A stretch of DNA of 64,000 bases, from the NCBI GenBank assembly GCA_030265395.1, contig JARFYF010000112.1, positions 51,259,071-51,323,070 of the forward strand, written 5' to 3'. The translations under genes were made by a program, and so were the position numbers. Positions 26,401-39,046 of this stretch are shown here, in pieces (position 1 is the first letter of the stretch; each line of letters starts with the position of its first letter). The DNA comes from Rhina ancylostomus (taxonomy: Eukaryota). The notes beneath the pieces are model-generated. The model ran no database searches. It saw nothing but the letters and a program-made list of their open reading frames with translations, and had not been told where the DNA came from.

Positions 26401-29400
26401 CTACTGCAGTTATGGAACTGTGAGTTATTCATCATAAAATTATTCGGTTATCTCTTGAGAAGTTGATTAGTTTCAATGCTGTAATGAAGAATTTACTGAT
26501 ATTTCGAGGCGACGAATCATCGTTTTCTACATTGAGATCTTAATCTGAACGCACAGTGTGAAGTCCTAAAACCATTCGTAAAAATATAAACTACTTTTAG
26601 AAGAGGTCTGTCTTAAAGCCTAGAGTATGGCGACAAAAAGAGTTTTTTTTCCAAGCTTGTCGTTACTTCGGAATCCAGAAAGCGAACAATGAAATCGGAT
26701 TTCTGACGTGCACATTTATTGTTGTCAGTACTTTGGAATGCGTGCTTATTTCCATTTTCATTCCATATCAGTGAAAGCGATTGACAGAGTTCGGAACCGA
26801 ATGAATTCCCATTTCAGATTTTGCTCAAACAGATTTAATTTGAAATTACAATAAATGAAAGTGGTCATGTGATTTAATTTTTGCGCTCGTCGCTCTTGTA
26901 ATCTCAGTTCTAAATGGATTGATAACTGGAGCCTGTTCGAAGTGCAATATCGGCAATTACACTTTTGCTTTGAATATAGCACAATCTCCTTAGTTCTTTT
27001 TCATGTCAGAACAGGGACCGGTTAAAGAAAACTTGAAATGTCATTTTTTTTCCTGAATCCGTTTGATAAATGACACGTTTTCAAAGTTGCGATGTATTTA
27101 GATGTTCAGTCAGACGACAATGCATCAGAAGCCAAACAGTGAGCCTTTTCTGTCCTATTAGATAATTTTTGAGATATTTCCACAGAACATTTGTGGTGTT
27201 CTAAGGGATATCGGAACTTCCGAGTGTGTCCTTGAAGTCTCCCAATATCTGGGTTTTCTGTTGTTCATTTTTAACGCCCCTCATTTATTCTCCATTTCCC
27301 GTGGACTTGTGCTTGCTTTTATTGACTTCAATAACAAGAGCATTTTTCTTCAGTTGAGCGGGAGAAATTATTGACCAGTTGGCAAAATGACAGATTAACT
27401 AGTATTTTCAGCTTCTGAATCGGGAAGAGCAAACTGAAGTTGAATTTAAAATCAGTTGGTTTGCACTCTGCTTCTCGAAGTTAAGAACACAAATAATCGA
27501 ATTCGATAATTAATTCGTTTCCATTTAAAGAGTGCAGCGCTGAGTGAGTAACAGGTTGTAGGGTATGGAAACTTAGTCAAAGCTGCATATGCTGCCGATT
27601 GAGCGTGCACACACAGTTCTCTCACCGATGCTGATCATTCACAGCGCCGTTTACCCTGCAATTTATGCAGTGAAGTACTCTGTTTTAACAATCCTATTCG
27701 ATAATGTGAGATTTATAGACACTCTACTTAATCTTATCAGAACGTGAAGCAAAATCTCTTTGAATTAACATTCACATTGGCAAATTTATTTTGAAAATGC
27801 TTGAAATAATCTTGCTGCCGACGAATCGAAAAGTAATGTGGTAGTTACCGTTACCAATTGGCAAGCTGCGATCCCTTCTAAGTTCAGGACGTTTGATAGT
27901 CAATAACACCAATACGTTATTTCTTATGTGTACTTTCATATGTTCAACTCTAATTATTTTCGAATGTACTCTGTATTCGAGCAGGTTTTTAAGAATATTT
28001 TTTTCTTCTATATGCCAGTTGAACGGTCCAAAAGAAATTACATTTAACAACAAATATCTCCAGACGTTCTCAGTTGGTCATGAAGCGTCTGTTGAAATAG
28101 AGCCTGTTTTAAATTCCCGTGTCGATGACTCTTCTTTCGAACTGCTTGAGCATCTGTAACTTTTCTTTCGTTTTCAAGGACTGAGTCTTAGATTGGAGTG
28201 GATTTATAGTCTAATTGAAAATGCTTCATCCTGCACACACACAATCTCACTGTCAGGTAACCATTTTACACAAAGACTGTTTTTTGTTCCTCAGTGCCTT
28301 TCTATCTTGCTTTCGACGAAGTTTCTGAGTTCAGTTTTCCACTGCTGGCATTTCGCGTTTGGTTGCATTTCGTTAAAACATAAAGATCAAGAGCAAACAC
28401 AATTTGGCCTGAAATTATTATTTCCCAAATGAACGTCTATTTGTGCGAATAACAAAGCATAAATATGCTGTTTTACTTTCAGAATATACTTTCGTTTTAG
28501 GACTATGGTATATGTAATAACAGAAAGACAAATTTGCTTTGCAAAGCACAGAGAGATGAAAATGAGACCCGAGAGTCTGCAGATGCTGGAATCTGCAGAC
28601 CTGATGACGACTGTATTTCTCTCCATTGATGCTACCCGACTTGCTGAGTTCCTCCAGTATTTTGTGTGAGAGGAGAAATGAAACGCGTGTTATTGTGATG
28701 CAATTGCACAAATATCTTAATGTCAGATTATGATATTTCTGTAGGTTTAAAATTACGAGTCCTGCATCAACATCCATAGAGTGTGCTGAATCTTCAACAC
28801 TATATAATTGCGCCATGCACTTGCACATTTCTGTTGCATATTAGCATTTTTATGAGATACCGAGTGGTGCTTCAATTTCTTTCTTGACATGCTATTCTTC
28901 TTGTCGAACTTTTTTTTGCAGTTGATGACTTTTACATTTATTGATCGCGCGTATGTGTTTGGTGATATATGTTTTGACGGTTTAATTTCTTTAAATGAAA
29001 GGATATTGGCATTTTTTCATATACAAGATGTGTTCCTTTTTTATAATCAATTAATTTATTGTCTTGAGAAGATCTTTTGTGCATTGTCGATTAATTTGAT
29101 TTGTAAGCCCACACATTAAAAAAAAACCTTGATATTTGCAATGTTTTCTCTCAGTCCAGCAATTAATATTCTGATGTTTCGCATTTAATATTGATAAAAC
29201 ATTAACTACTTTTGAAATATTACCACATCAAACCCACGGATGTGCTAAGTTTCAATGAATAATTTGCAACCAGCTTGCAGTAGATTAGCGCCATTACGAC
29301 TGAAATTCGGGGTGACAGGAATCCAGCCAAATGTGATGCATGAGCGGGAGTTCAGGAGATACGACAGAGGTCACAGAAGTTTAGCTCAATTGATTTTAAT

Positions 29401-30183
29401 GGCGGAGAGAAATACGAATAACAGGGCTTCGCCTTTGTTAACACAGTTTCACTGACGATCAATGATTTCGAAAAGGAGTGACTATGAAGTAATTTTCAAA
29501 ATTTACAGGGAACATCAGGAAACTTGGGGCGGACTCCTGTGAAATGATCCTTGTTATCCAGAGATGAGGTGGTTGGACATTTCGAGCTAATACTTTACTT
29601 GTGATTGCCATCACTATTTGTTTAATGTAGATTACTCATTTTGAGGGAGGGCACACGAGTTCTGGGGAGTGAGCGGAACCCAGGAATAGCGTTAATGAGT
29701 GAAAGGGAAAAAAACCTTTCCCACTGAGGAATGAAATAATCAGAAATAATAAAATAAATACTTCGAGAAAAGACAAGCACGGGTTTCTTGTCTACAGATT
29801 GCTTTGGCTGATGCAGCCGAATTCGACTGCCTTTACTAAGTAGAGGTTATTATTTGTCCTTTTGAATAATTACCATGTAAAGAAAGACAACAAACTCAAC
29901 TTCTTTAGAAATATTTATCTGTGTCTTGAGTTATAAACACTCCAACAAGCTTCGGAAAAATGTTCATTGAGCAAATGCCCGTTCTCCCTTTGCTAATTCA
30001 CTACAACACGCGATCATCTCTGTACACCGGTTCTTTGAAAATCGACGTCAACAATGTGAACGTACCTCCATTTTTCAAGTCACTTTCAAGTCACCCAGAT
30101 TCAGCCCAGGTGTCAACAATCGATCGAAGTAGTTGCTCCTGCACATTGCGCATATTGTGACTTCATTGCAGCCTAGAATAAAT

Positions 30184-30193
30184 TTTCGGTTTC
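30184..30193 (-). promoter_or_regulatory. ISRE/IRF-type site (GAAACCGAAA) just upstream of the putative SRCR gene start
   Basis: TTTCGGTTTC on the + strand fits GAAANNGAAA; lies about 55 bp before ATG 30249, with a TATA-like GTTAAAG at about 30208. Confidence 0.45.
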
Positions 30194-30248
30194 GTATGAA
30201 ACCAAGTGTTAAAGGAGCCCAGCTTCACTCTTCTGCAACGGTCCAGAA

Positions 30249-30312
30249 ATGCTCCCCGAGCAAGAAAATGCAACATTGAGTTTGCTTATTTTTATGCCTT
30301 GTCTTTTTAACA
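30249..30312 (+). CDS. Putative leader exon 1 (MLPEQENATLSLLIFMPCLFN)
   Basis: Open from ATG, hydrophobic core, phase-1 GT donor at 30313; the implied intron is only 61 bp, hence moderate confidence. Confidence 0.5.
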
Positions 30313-30373
30313 GTTAGATTCATTTCATGGCCAGCAGCTTCAGCGAATACTAATTCTAAATTTCTCCTTTCAG

Positions 30374-30406
30374 GCAGCGCTGTGGATTGTCAGGATGACC
30401 CTGCAG
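30374..30406 (+). CDS. Leader exon 2 (SSAVDC/QDDPA)
   Basis: tttctcctttcag| acceptor and CAG|gtaata donor; 33 bp, phase 1-1; plausible signal cleavage VDC-QD. Confidence 0.65.
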
Positions 30407-30964
30407 GTAATACTACGTTATATTCACTGTGATAATGTTTGGTGAGCAGAGATTGATTGAAAAGAAAGATCTTCATTTTTAGTTAGGATGCTGCTGCTGC
30501 CTTCAAACCTAACCGAAGTCCCTGAGTGAACACCACCAATCGCACTGTTGTTCGGAGCGCAAAGGCGCTCACTGCTCATCTTACCAGTCATTGCTGAGGT
30601 GGAGATCGCCTTTGAAACCAACCTGGTTCTTTCTCACTGGCCTTAAGGTTTGGAATGTCATCCACAATGTCCTTCAGTGGCTGGGCACTCGCTGACAGGT
30701 CACTCATCACACGTTAACTAGGCTTTCATTTTCTGTCTCTCGCCCACTCTGACCTCGGTGGAACGCCTATGGTGCAGAAGATCACCAGCCGATTCCCGAT
30801 TTTTTGATGGTTCAGTAGATCGCGATGCATTTACGTTTCATTAGGCTTTTGGCCACACACGGATATTACCGATGAACATCGCATGCCCGTGTTGACTGCG
30901 GAATATGGAGCGTAAGCTCACTGACACTGAATACAATATAACAGATTTTTCTGCTATTTTCCAG

Positions 30965-31279
30965 AAAGCGTCGAGTTGCGGCTGGTGAATGGGGGCAGTC
31001 TGTGCGCCGGGAGACTGGAAATCCGATACAAGGGACGGTGGGGAACTGTGCAATATTCGTTATAGGACCTGCCGGATGCCACTGTCGTTTGTCGAGAGCT
31101 GGACTGCGAAATTGCACTGGCCGCACCGCCCAAGGCTCATTTTGGGGAAGGATCAGGACCCATTATGAAGGGGTATGTTGAGTGTGATGGGAGCGAGGCC
31201 GCTCTTCGGGAATGTGTCTCATTAACATGGGAGCACTATAGCGGTTCGCACAAGCATGATTCCGGCGTCATCTGCGCAG
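30965..31279 (+). pseudogene. SRCR exon 1, in-frame TAG at 31063-31065
   Basis: [75 protein letters not shown]; ccag| and |gtaaaa; 315 bp. Confidence 0.93.
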
Positions 31280-32937
31280 GTAAAATTCTGCATTTTTTCT
31301 TTCTTTCCCCCGAATTTGCTGGACTCCGTGAATTTTCGGAAGTAAAATATCCCGAGCTCAGAAATGGATGTGAGAATCAGCGCAGTGTTTTTTGTATATT
31401 ATTGCTGCATTTCTGGGAGCGTTGCTAATGTGATGATAATTTTAAGGCCAAGTTTACTGAAGTCCCTCCTGCGTTCTGCTCTGCCCCTGATATTGGCCAC
31501 ACCAACTGCGAACGAAATCAGGCGGCATATATGGAGAGAACAACCAAACTAACGCTTCAGATCTACGAAATTGCATCAGAAATGGCAGCGACGTTTTCAT
31601 GAAACACGATCGACATCGAATCTTTTCCCTCTTTGCAGATGCTACACTATCCACCGGGTGTTCCCTTCTTTTTCTGTTTTTGTTCATAGTTCTAATATCT
31701 GCAGCGAATATCCTAACCAGCTGGAAATGTCATCAGCTCCATCCAACATCCCATTCTCAAATTAACAGCATTTACCGGACATGCGCATTGAGCTCAGATT
31801 GGACCCGAATCCGTAACTATCTTGGGGTCATGAAAAATCCTGTATTAATAATATATGCCGGCTTTTCAGGTGGCAGCCGGATCCTTACTTCATTAAAATT
31901 TCATAATAAAGACTTCAACTCGGTGATGGCACAACATTTCGTGTCTCTTGTACGTTCCACGAAGTATTTCCCAGTTGATAACAGACAATTAGCTTTATCC
32001 AGGCTACATGTTGGTTTGTTCTCTTAAAAATTACAATCTGACCAGTGCGACACTGTCAATCTCCTGACAAATGCAGCACAAAATATTACAATAACTATTT
32101 GGTCGTTTATAAATAACTCCAACTAATATTTTCTGCGTTTTCGTTTATATCAGGGCTACCCTCATTTGATTCCAAAATTGCACCATGATCGTTAATGTCA
32201 AGATAATTTCATAATACTGCACAATCGTCTTCCTTATTAATCGCAATATTACCGCAGTTTCCTTTTACCATTCCGTCACTTTCCTTCTATTTGTGTCATT
32301 TATGTTTTCACCTTGTTGGAAATGTATACTTTCAAACACAGCGACCTTCCTTTTGTCAGTTTAAGATTGCTTATTGTATTTTCACCCTCTGTTGTTAAAC
32401 GTTGTTTCTTTTCTAGTCTGTTTATTTTATTTGCTGCTTTCCTCAATTCTTTATCTTGGTTTCATTCTTATTCCTGAATTCAGTTTGGGATTCCTATTTA
32501 TCTGCAAAGCTGGTTCAAAGTTTCCCCAATACATTGGTAAACTCGGCAAGTATCTTGCTCTCGGCCCGGTTGAGGTGCAACCTAACAGCTTTTATTTTAC
32601 ATTTTATACTTGCCCTGTTACAGTTCTAGTGCCTCGGAAATGTAAAGCCCAGTGACCTGAGCTATCTCTCCAGTTAAGCATTCCCCTTATCTATCGTCCA
32701 ATTTTGCTGTCTTGTAACACATCCTGAAATTATAAGTTTTGGAGTTCTGTCTTTCAAGCTCTGTCCTAGGTATTGGAACTATGCCTGTAAGACTTCATCC
32801 CTTTTGCATTGATGCTTTGACAGTGATATGTACGCAGTCATCTGACCGTTCGCTTTTCCTTTCCAGGACTCTACATTCAGTCATTGATACCCTTGGTCCT
32901 AACACTAGTGAAGTTGTGTGCCATCCTGGAGCCTAGT

Positions 32938-34930
32938 ATGGGCCATAAAAACGTCCACTCATCCTTGAAATGTTTAATTCCCTGTTACAACTTTCAGCAG
33001 CTGACCCATTCACGGTGTAATGATGCTGGTTCTGAATGCATTGAATTGAGGAACCTTCACCACCTTTGAATGTTACCCAAAAACAAATATATGTGGAAGT
33101 AAATTGGCCTAGAGGGTTCTTCCAATATATCTCCCCATAGTATGTATGATCGTCACCTATAACTTTCTACCTTTTGAAGCTTATGCTCTTGAGTGACAAA
33201 CTCCCTAAAGGTATTATCCACGAATTTGTCAGTCTCAGGGATACTACAGAGAGTTTCTGGCACCACTCTACCTTCAAAACACGCAGCTGCGTTCTCCCAG
33301 ATGCTGAAGTATGCACTAACACCCACATGCAGGAGGTGCATTCCTCTCCGAATAAAAGATAATTAATGGCCTACAAACGGTAAAATATCAATAACTATAA
33401 CGTTACATGCTTCAAGATCTTTCAAGAAACTGAAATGTACAATCAACCGAACGCTTCTAATGATTTAATATTTGCAATCTATTGAGAAATTGTGCAGTCA
33501 CATTAAAGCTTCCTATGTTTTTTTTCGCTTCACCCCCAATTTACGAACCATTGTCACCATGGAACACCTCAGGTACCCTCATGGGACGGAGGGAAGTTTG
33601 GTTGGATTTATTTGTGTGCTATTTAAAACAAATATCCTCTAAAACTTAAAGGGTCTCTTCTCCCTGAGCCGGACACTTCTGGTCACACCCATCTCAAACT
33701 CCCTTCATCCCCGAGTAGGGTATCCTAGACGTCTCCTGGAATTAGACACAGACCTGAAATTAAAAGTAAAACCGAACACTTGGTAAACTATCCAGATTAT
33801 CTCCATTTTTGTAATCCCCTAGAATAGAACAGAGATTAAGAATATTCAGAGCGAAATATTTTGTTTGAGGCCACTTTATTGCCAAAATTAACGAAGGGAC
33901 GGAGTGTTCTTTTGTCCCGTTTACAAAGGAGGCGGTTTGAGCCGCAGTGACCAGAGTAAGTGAACAGAGTAGGCTCACCGAGGGGTTGGTTATCAGTTCT
34001 CTTAAAATGAACAGTTTCCAGCTGTGGCTCTCTAAAAATATTGCTTCAGGACATATAGCAGCGTTGCAACTTCATTCCATCTCTTGCTAATTATTAAACC
34101 TATTGTGAAGTTGCGAGTGCTGGAAACATCGGAAATGTCCCAGCCACCCCCGCCCCCGCCCAGAGGCAGTAATGGGAACAGCCACAGAACAGAATGTCTT
34201 GAATGTTTCATTTCTTTGACACTTCAAGAGATATTTCAAAAATAGAAATAGGAAGAAAGATAAAAGCGGGGATGTTCTGATATATGTGTATAATCCCAGG
34301 AAAATATTGCTTATAAATCTTGGATTTTGCACGCGGGCGATCGTCGTTTGATACGGTTATCAAGTATTTAGTTTACATGTCTCCTATTCTGGAGTCATTA
34401 TTTTCTGATCTGCAATGTCTGCTGAATGAACATTAATGCTCCTGGAGAAATATTTTGGACTACTTGTACCCGATCGGGAGGGCTTACAAGAATGTTTGCA
34501 GATATCCTGAATGTACAGCGTGTCTGCCGTTCCTTGATAACCAACGTATATGCAATTAAATTTCGACAGGACAATATCTACCACGGGGAATTTTCAGAAA
34601 TTCACAGATTCATAACTGATGAAGATCTTTTAAGACGCAGATATAGTTTGTTGTAGATGTCACTTCAGAGTTCACAACCATTAAGAAACAATTCACCCAT
34701 CTAAAAGAAACAGCCATTAACTATGCAGCCGAAAACACAAGTTGGAAATGCCCACTTTTTCCCAAAGAAGCTTCCAAAATTGCGCCTCTCCCCTCATCAG
34801 CACACAGCCTAAACACACAGATTGAAGGATTACTTCCTTGGCTGGAAACATTTGACGAATGGTATTAACAGTAATGTTTTGACGTTGAGTTCACAGTCAT
34901 TTTTAAGATTGAAAATGTTGACTGTTTTTA
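32938..34930 (+). pseudogene. Decayed LRR / TLR11-subfamily-like relic R4, intronic
   Basis: MGHKNV..SECIE..SLCS*VTNSLKVLS..SGTTLPSKHAAAFSQM..FFRFTPNLRTI..QLWLSKNI..KLRVLETS..QFTHLKE..LPKLRL..DYFLGWKHLTNGINSNVLTLSSQSFLRLKML; the last segment fits FxGLxxL..NxLxxLxxxxFxxLxxL. Confidence 0.6.
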
Positions 34931-34942
34931 TCCATTTCACAG

Positions 34943-35197
34943 AATCTCGAAAATACAGGCTGGTGAATGGAAGCAGTCCGTGTGCAGTCAGGCTAGAGGT
35001 TTATGCGAGTGGAAGCTGGAGGACAGTTTGTGGTCATAAGTCCTGGTCCGGACAGTTTGGTGACGATGTCTGTAAGGAACTGTCATGTGGCTCTACAACA
35101 GTTGTTTCACTCGCGGCTCACTTCGGGCAATGTTCAGGGCCAGTCATTGGCCCATCTGCGTGCGGACACCAACAGGACCTTGAAATCGTCTGTACTG
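34943..35197 (+). pseudogene. Shortened SRCR exon 2 (255 bp) with non-canonical GG donor
   Basis: ESRKYRLVNGSSPCAVRLEVYASGSWRTVC..VCKELSCG..HFGQCSGPVIGPSACGHQQDLEIVCT; the expected donor position reads G|GGACAGT. Confidence 0.85.
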
Positions 35198-35385
35198 GGA
35201 CAGTCTCTGTTGTTTACAAAACAAAAAAAAACATTTTTTTAGCAAGAAAGTATCTGCGACCGCCTCTACATGGATAGTAACAAACATGAAAGATGCACAT
35301 CTTCATGAAATGTAGGGTTTCAACCGGGAATTTGGGTAGAAATTTTGTCAATTATCTAGTAGTTAATACAATTTCAAACTGAATA

Positions 35386-38300
35386 TGTCGCAATGTTGAT
35401 CGAGAGCAAACTCACAGAGCACCCAAATGCGGCGCACCGATACAAGACTGGAGTCAGGATACTTCCTCGGGACAAACACAGGCAGTAACTGGAAGGAATC
35501 TTGCCTCGGAGANNNNNNNNNNNNNNNNNNNNNNNNNNNNNNNNNNNNNNNNNNNNNNNNNNNNNNNNNNNNNNNNNNNNNNNNNNNNNNNNNNNNNNNN
35601 NNNNNNNNNNNNACGGCCTGTTGTCAGTTGGGTTCAGTCTATACCGTTTCCACATAAATTTCAGACTCATTAACAGTTCAGCGTCACCTCGATCCACCCC
35701 ACTTTGAGACTTCGAAAACGGAAAGGCATTACCTCTCAGTGTTCTGCACTGAGAGTGTTTTGGCCGTCCAAAACAAGTAAACCGGATATTCGAAACAAAT
35801 AGACTGTCCGATCGCACCTTGAACAAGCCCAAAATCGGCTACAACCCCGGAACCTCAGGAACACCTGACTGGGATCTCGGACACATTCCTACCATTCCTT
35901 AAATTAATTAATCCATACGTGTTTTCTGAGCCTGCACTCGTATTATCAAGCGGCGGCGCTCTTCAATTCTTTATTCATTTTGGGCAATTTGAGAATCAGT
36001 GGCAAATCCAGCAATGACTGTTCCTTCTGCAGCTAACCACCGCCTTCAATCAGACTGCGTTTGGGGTGCTCTGCACCACCCTCACCGGAGACACACTCGG
36101 ACGGGACTCCCTTTGCGTACATCACCTCTAGGCCACATTGCAGGAACTCTTTTTTTGAGAATGTAGAGGTGAAATGTGAACTGTTTAGGTTTCCAGAACT
36201 GTCGACTCGCCCGCTGAGTTTTCGTCGCACCTTATAATGATATGTCTGAATATTCGGGGGTACAGCGTTACAGAAAGGCAGGCTTTAATTTAATTGGTGG
36301 CGGTGACAATCACCGTCGTCCTTGCTCCATCCAACTTGTCTGTGCTCTGAAAGTAGCAGAGGGAAACGACTCTCCGTATCCACGGTAAAGGACAACCTCC
36401 GCCTCCAATATGATCACATACATCACCGGCACTCGCCAATTATTTGCCGTTAGTTTTTCAGGAGAACAAACAATATCCCACGTTGCTCAGTCCTCTGCGG
36501 TTTTCTTCTGATCTCCTTGAGAAACGCAGGACCAATGAAAATTGCCCCAGCACACGAACCAACGGCCCATTCAAAGACTCGAACCCAAATATTAAAGGGG
36601 AAAATATGGAGGCAGAAATTTGCAATGTAAGTCAACTGACAGAAATCAGAAATCAAGTTTCCTGTCCCCGAGAAAATATATTTAACTGAACGCTGGTCAC
36701 TTTTGGTAGGCACTCTTCCACTGTGATACTCGATTCTCACAGTGTTTCACGTTAGTTTCAGCTTCCCGGAGATCGAGTGAGAAGAACGAGCAGGAAATAA
36801 ACACCCGCCCAATGCGGTTCTGAGTTGCAGATGTTAGAACAAGATCCCACTTGGATTTGCGGGTTGAGAAGAGGCGTCAGTTATTCCTTGTCGCCGTTCG
36901 TTAACTAGAATCGAGGGAATAGTTGCACTGTCCGCTTACACTCGGCTGTGAGAAAATCCAATGTGTGATTTGCAATAATCCAATCCAGATCTAACCCAGA
37001 ATGCGGGACAAGCAAATCGAGGCGGGACCGTGGAATTTAAGGGCATATTCACTGCACTCCTTCACCTCTTGCTGGGACAATCTTCAATGAATGTACTTGC
37101 AGCGCAGAAAGACCGGGCCCTTCGCTGTGTTTTCCGCCTCAACCCAGCTGTATTCAGCTCTCACATCCTGAATTTCCAAGGTCAAAGTCACGTTTGTTTT
37201 TTTTGTCAACGCAACAAACTGCTTGCCCTCTAATGACGCCCTGAATCGCTACCTCTCTGCCCCGGGCTGTATCTGCCTGAAGAACAGTCCACTATGAAAA
37301 CAGCATGTACCAAAGGAACCAGTCTGAAAACGGCAGGTGATGGTGAGAGACTGACTCTCCTTCTCTGTTACGAATGCCGTGCTTTGTGTCACGGACTCAA
37401 TGAAGAAGACTTGAAATTAAACACTGGGAGTGGTAAAGAGGCGAATCAGACAACGGGGCGAAACCCGGACAGTGATTGAAACCGGAAGAGGAGCCGGCTA
37501 TATTTTATATTAATTCCACACATTTTGGGAGTTTGTGAACTGTACTGGTGTTAGAAGCAAAGATAGAGGAGTGAGAGAGCGAGAGGGAGACAGAGAGAGA
37601 GAGAGAGATAGAAAACGAGAAAAAATTCGCTCTTTTGCTCGTGGTTTGCTTGACGTGGAGCCAGATCTAGTCTGCTCCTGTAGACTCTACCTCTGTACTG
37701 TTCTGGGAAGGAACATCTCAGCAGGTCAGTTTGCTTGCGTATTAAGGTGTGCTGAATACTATTAAAATTTCTCGCTCTCTGAGTGTGTGTTGTGAAAAGA
37801 AAGGAGAATTTTAAAAGGAGATAATTTAATGTGCCGGCTCGATGTAGTGACTCTCAGCCAGATGTGTATGTCCCTCCCACATTCCGCTGACGTTCAGTGC
37901 AGGGGAGCAGTGTGATGTGTAATCTTCCACCACAATTTTCTGGCAGTTAGAATTGCTACGGGGGGCTGTAGGTTCGTTGTCTCATTCTAATCATATTTCA
38001 AGGCCAGTTATGGGTCAGTCCTGATTCTATGAACGGGGTCCACGTGATGTGAAGTTGTCTCTTGTTTCGGTGCAGTTTCCTTTGCTACTTTCTTGATCAA
38101 ATTTGAAGCAAGAGAGGGAATTGGAAGTAACTTAGATTGGCGAGGCCCACACTGCCTCTGCTCTCCGAGATTGTCATGAATTTCTTATTCATCATTTTGC
38201 TGTTTTCTTCTCCTTAACATCTGGAAAATATGTCAGCTTTGTTGCAAGTGAAAGTGCACATTGCAAACAACTGTTTCATTGCACATTAAGTCAACATTTT

Positions 38301-39046
38301 ACCGACTTGCAAGGCTTTCTCCAACACGGAGTCAGGAAAATTCTGTTATACCTGTGGTAATAAAAATGTGCCACACTTTCACAACGGGTTCATTTTACGT
38401 CTGAAATTAGCGATACGACAGAAGTGTCCAATCGTCCCGCGATTGAACTGCAGCTGAGTGACACGGTCATGCGTTATGTCGTCTTCTTCCATTTAGTGGG
38501 CGTACAGTGAGATAACCCAGTGCCCGCTGGTTCAAAAGAAAACAAATGCGGTCAGAAGTTCATTGTGGACAGATCGATCTGCAACCCAATGTGCAATTCC
38601 TCGAGAGTTGACTCAAAGAAACGTGCAGCACATCTGGGGATGTCACAATGTTCAGCCGGAGCAAACTCACAGAGAACCGAAATGCGGCACACTGATACAA
38701 GTCTGGAGTCCGGATAATTCCTCAGGACAAACGCAGGCAGTAACTGGAAGGAATCTTGCCTCGGAGATCAGAAGAGGAATCCCAACACGAGCTGGATCTT
38801 CACAAAGGAATAGAGAACACAGGACTGCTCTAGAGTAAACCTACTCTAAGCAACTGGAACCAAAGTATACCTAAAGGTAGACCAATACTCTGGCAACTAG
38901 TGCCAGAGAAACACAGGTCCTTATGCTAGGCCCCTGATGGGGCTCAGCTGTGTATTGTTATCTAATCAGTCCAGCATGGAATCCTTGTGCTGGACAACAA
39001 GGCATTAATGGAGCCAAATCGAAGGCCACGCCTCAGAACCATGACA
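35386..39046. mobile_element. Segment bounded by two same-orientation family-A LTRs and a shared 5-bp flank GAATA
   Basis: GAATA|TGTCGCAATG at 35381-35395 and CCATGACA|GAATA at 39047-39051; no gag/pol ORF seen inside; a gap hides the end of the left LTR. Confidence 0.55.
38641..39046. mobile_element. Complete family-A LTR (406 bp, TGTCA...TGACA)
   Basis: Terminal inverted 5-mers; homologous to five other partial copies in the window. Confidence 0.9.

Noticed and set aside
27772-28053. 93-aa minus ORF as a TIR fragment (RVEH..NNVLVLL)
   Set aside because: The resemblance is too faint and lacks the conserved WC and RDF motifs.
28555-28665. Imperfect palindromic element as a possible ncRNA (similar ones near 5130-5220 and 14670-14765)
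   Set aside because: Matches the common GATGCTGGAA..TTCCAGCA short repeat, also present at the Penelope end near 1030; a repeat, not a unique RNA gene.
30268-30313. Alternative leader frame MQH*VCLFLCLVFLT
   Set aside because: Needs both a stop and a mutated donor, whereas the frame from ATG 30249 is open with a GT donor in the correct phase; it cannot be fully excluded.
35733-35755. Hairpin CTCTCAGTG-ttctg-CACTGAGAG
   Set aside because: A short inverted repeat resembling a known SINE-derived motif; no evidence of independent function.
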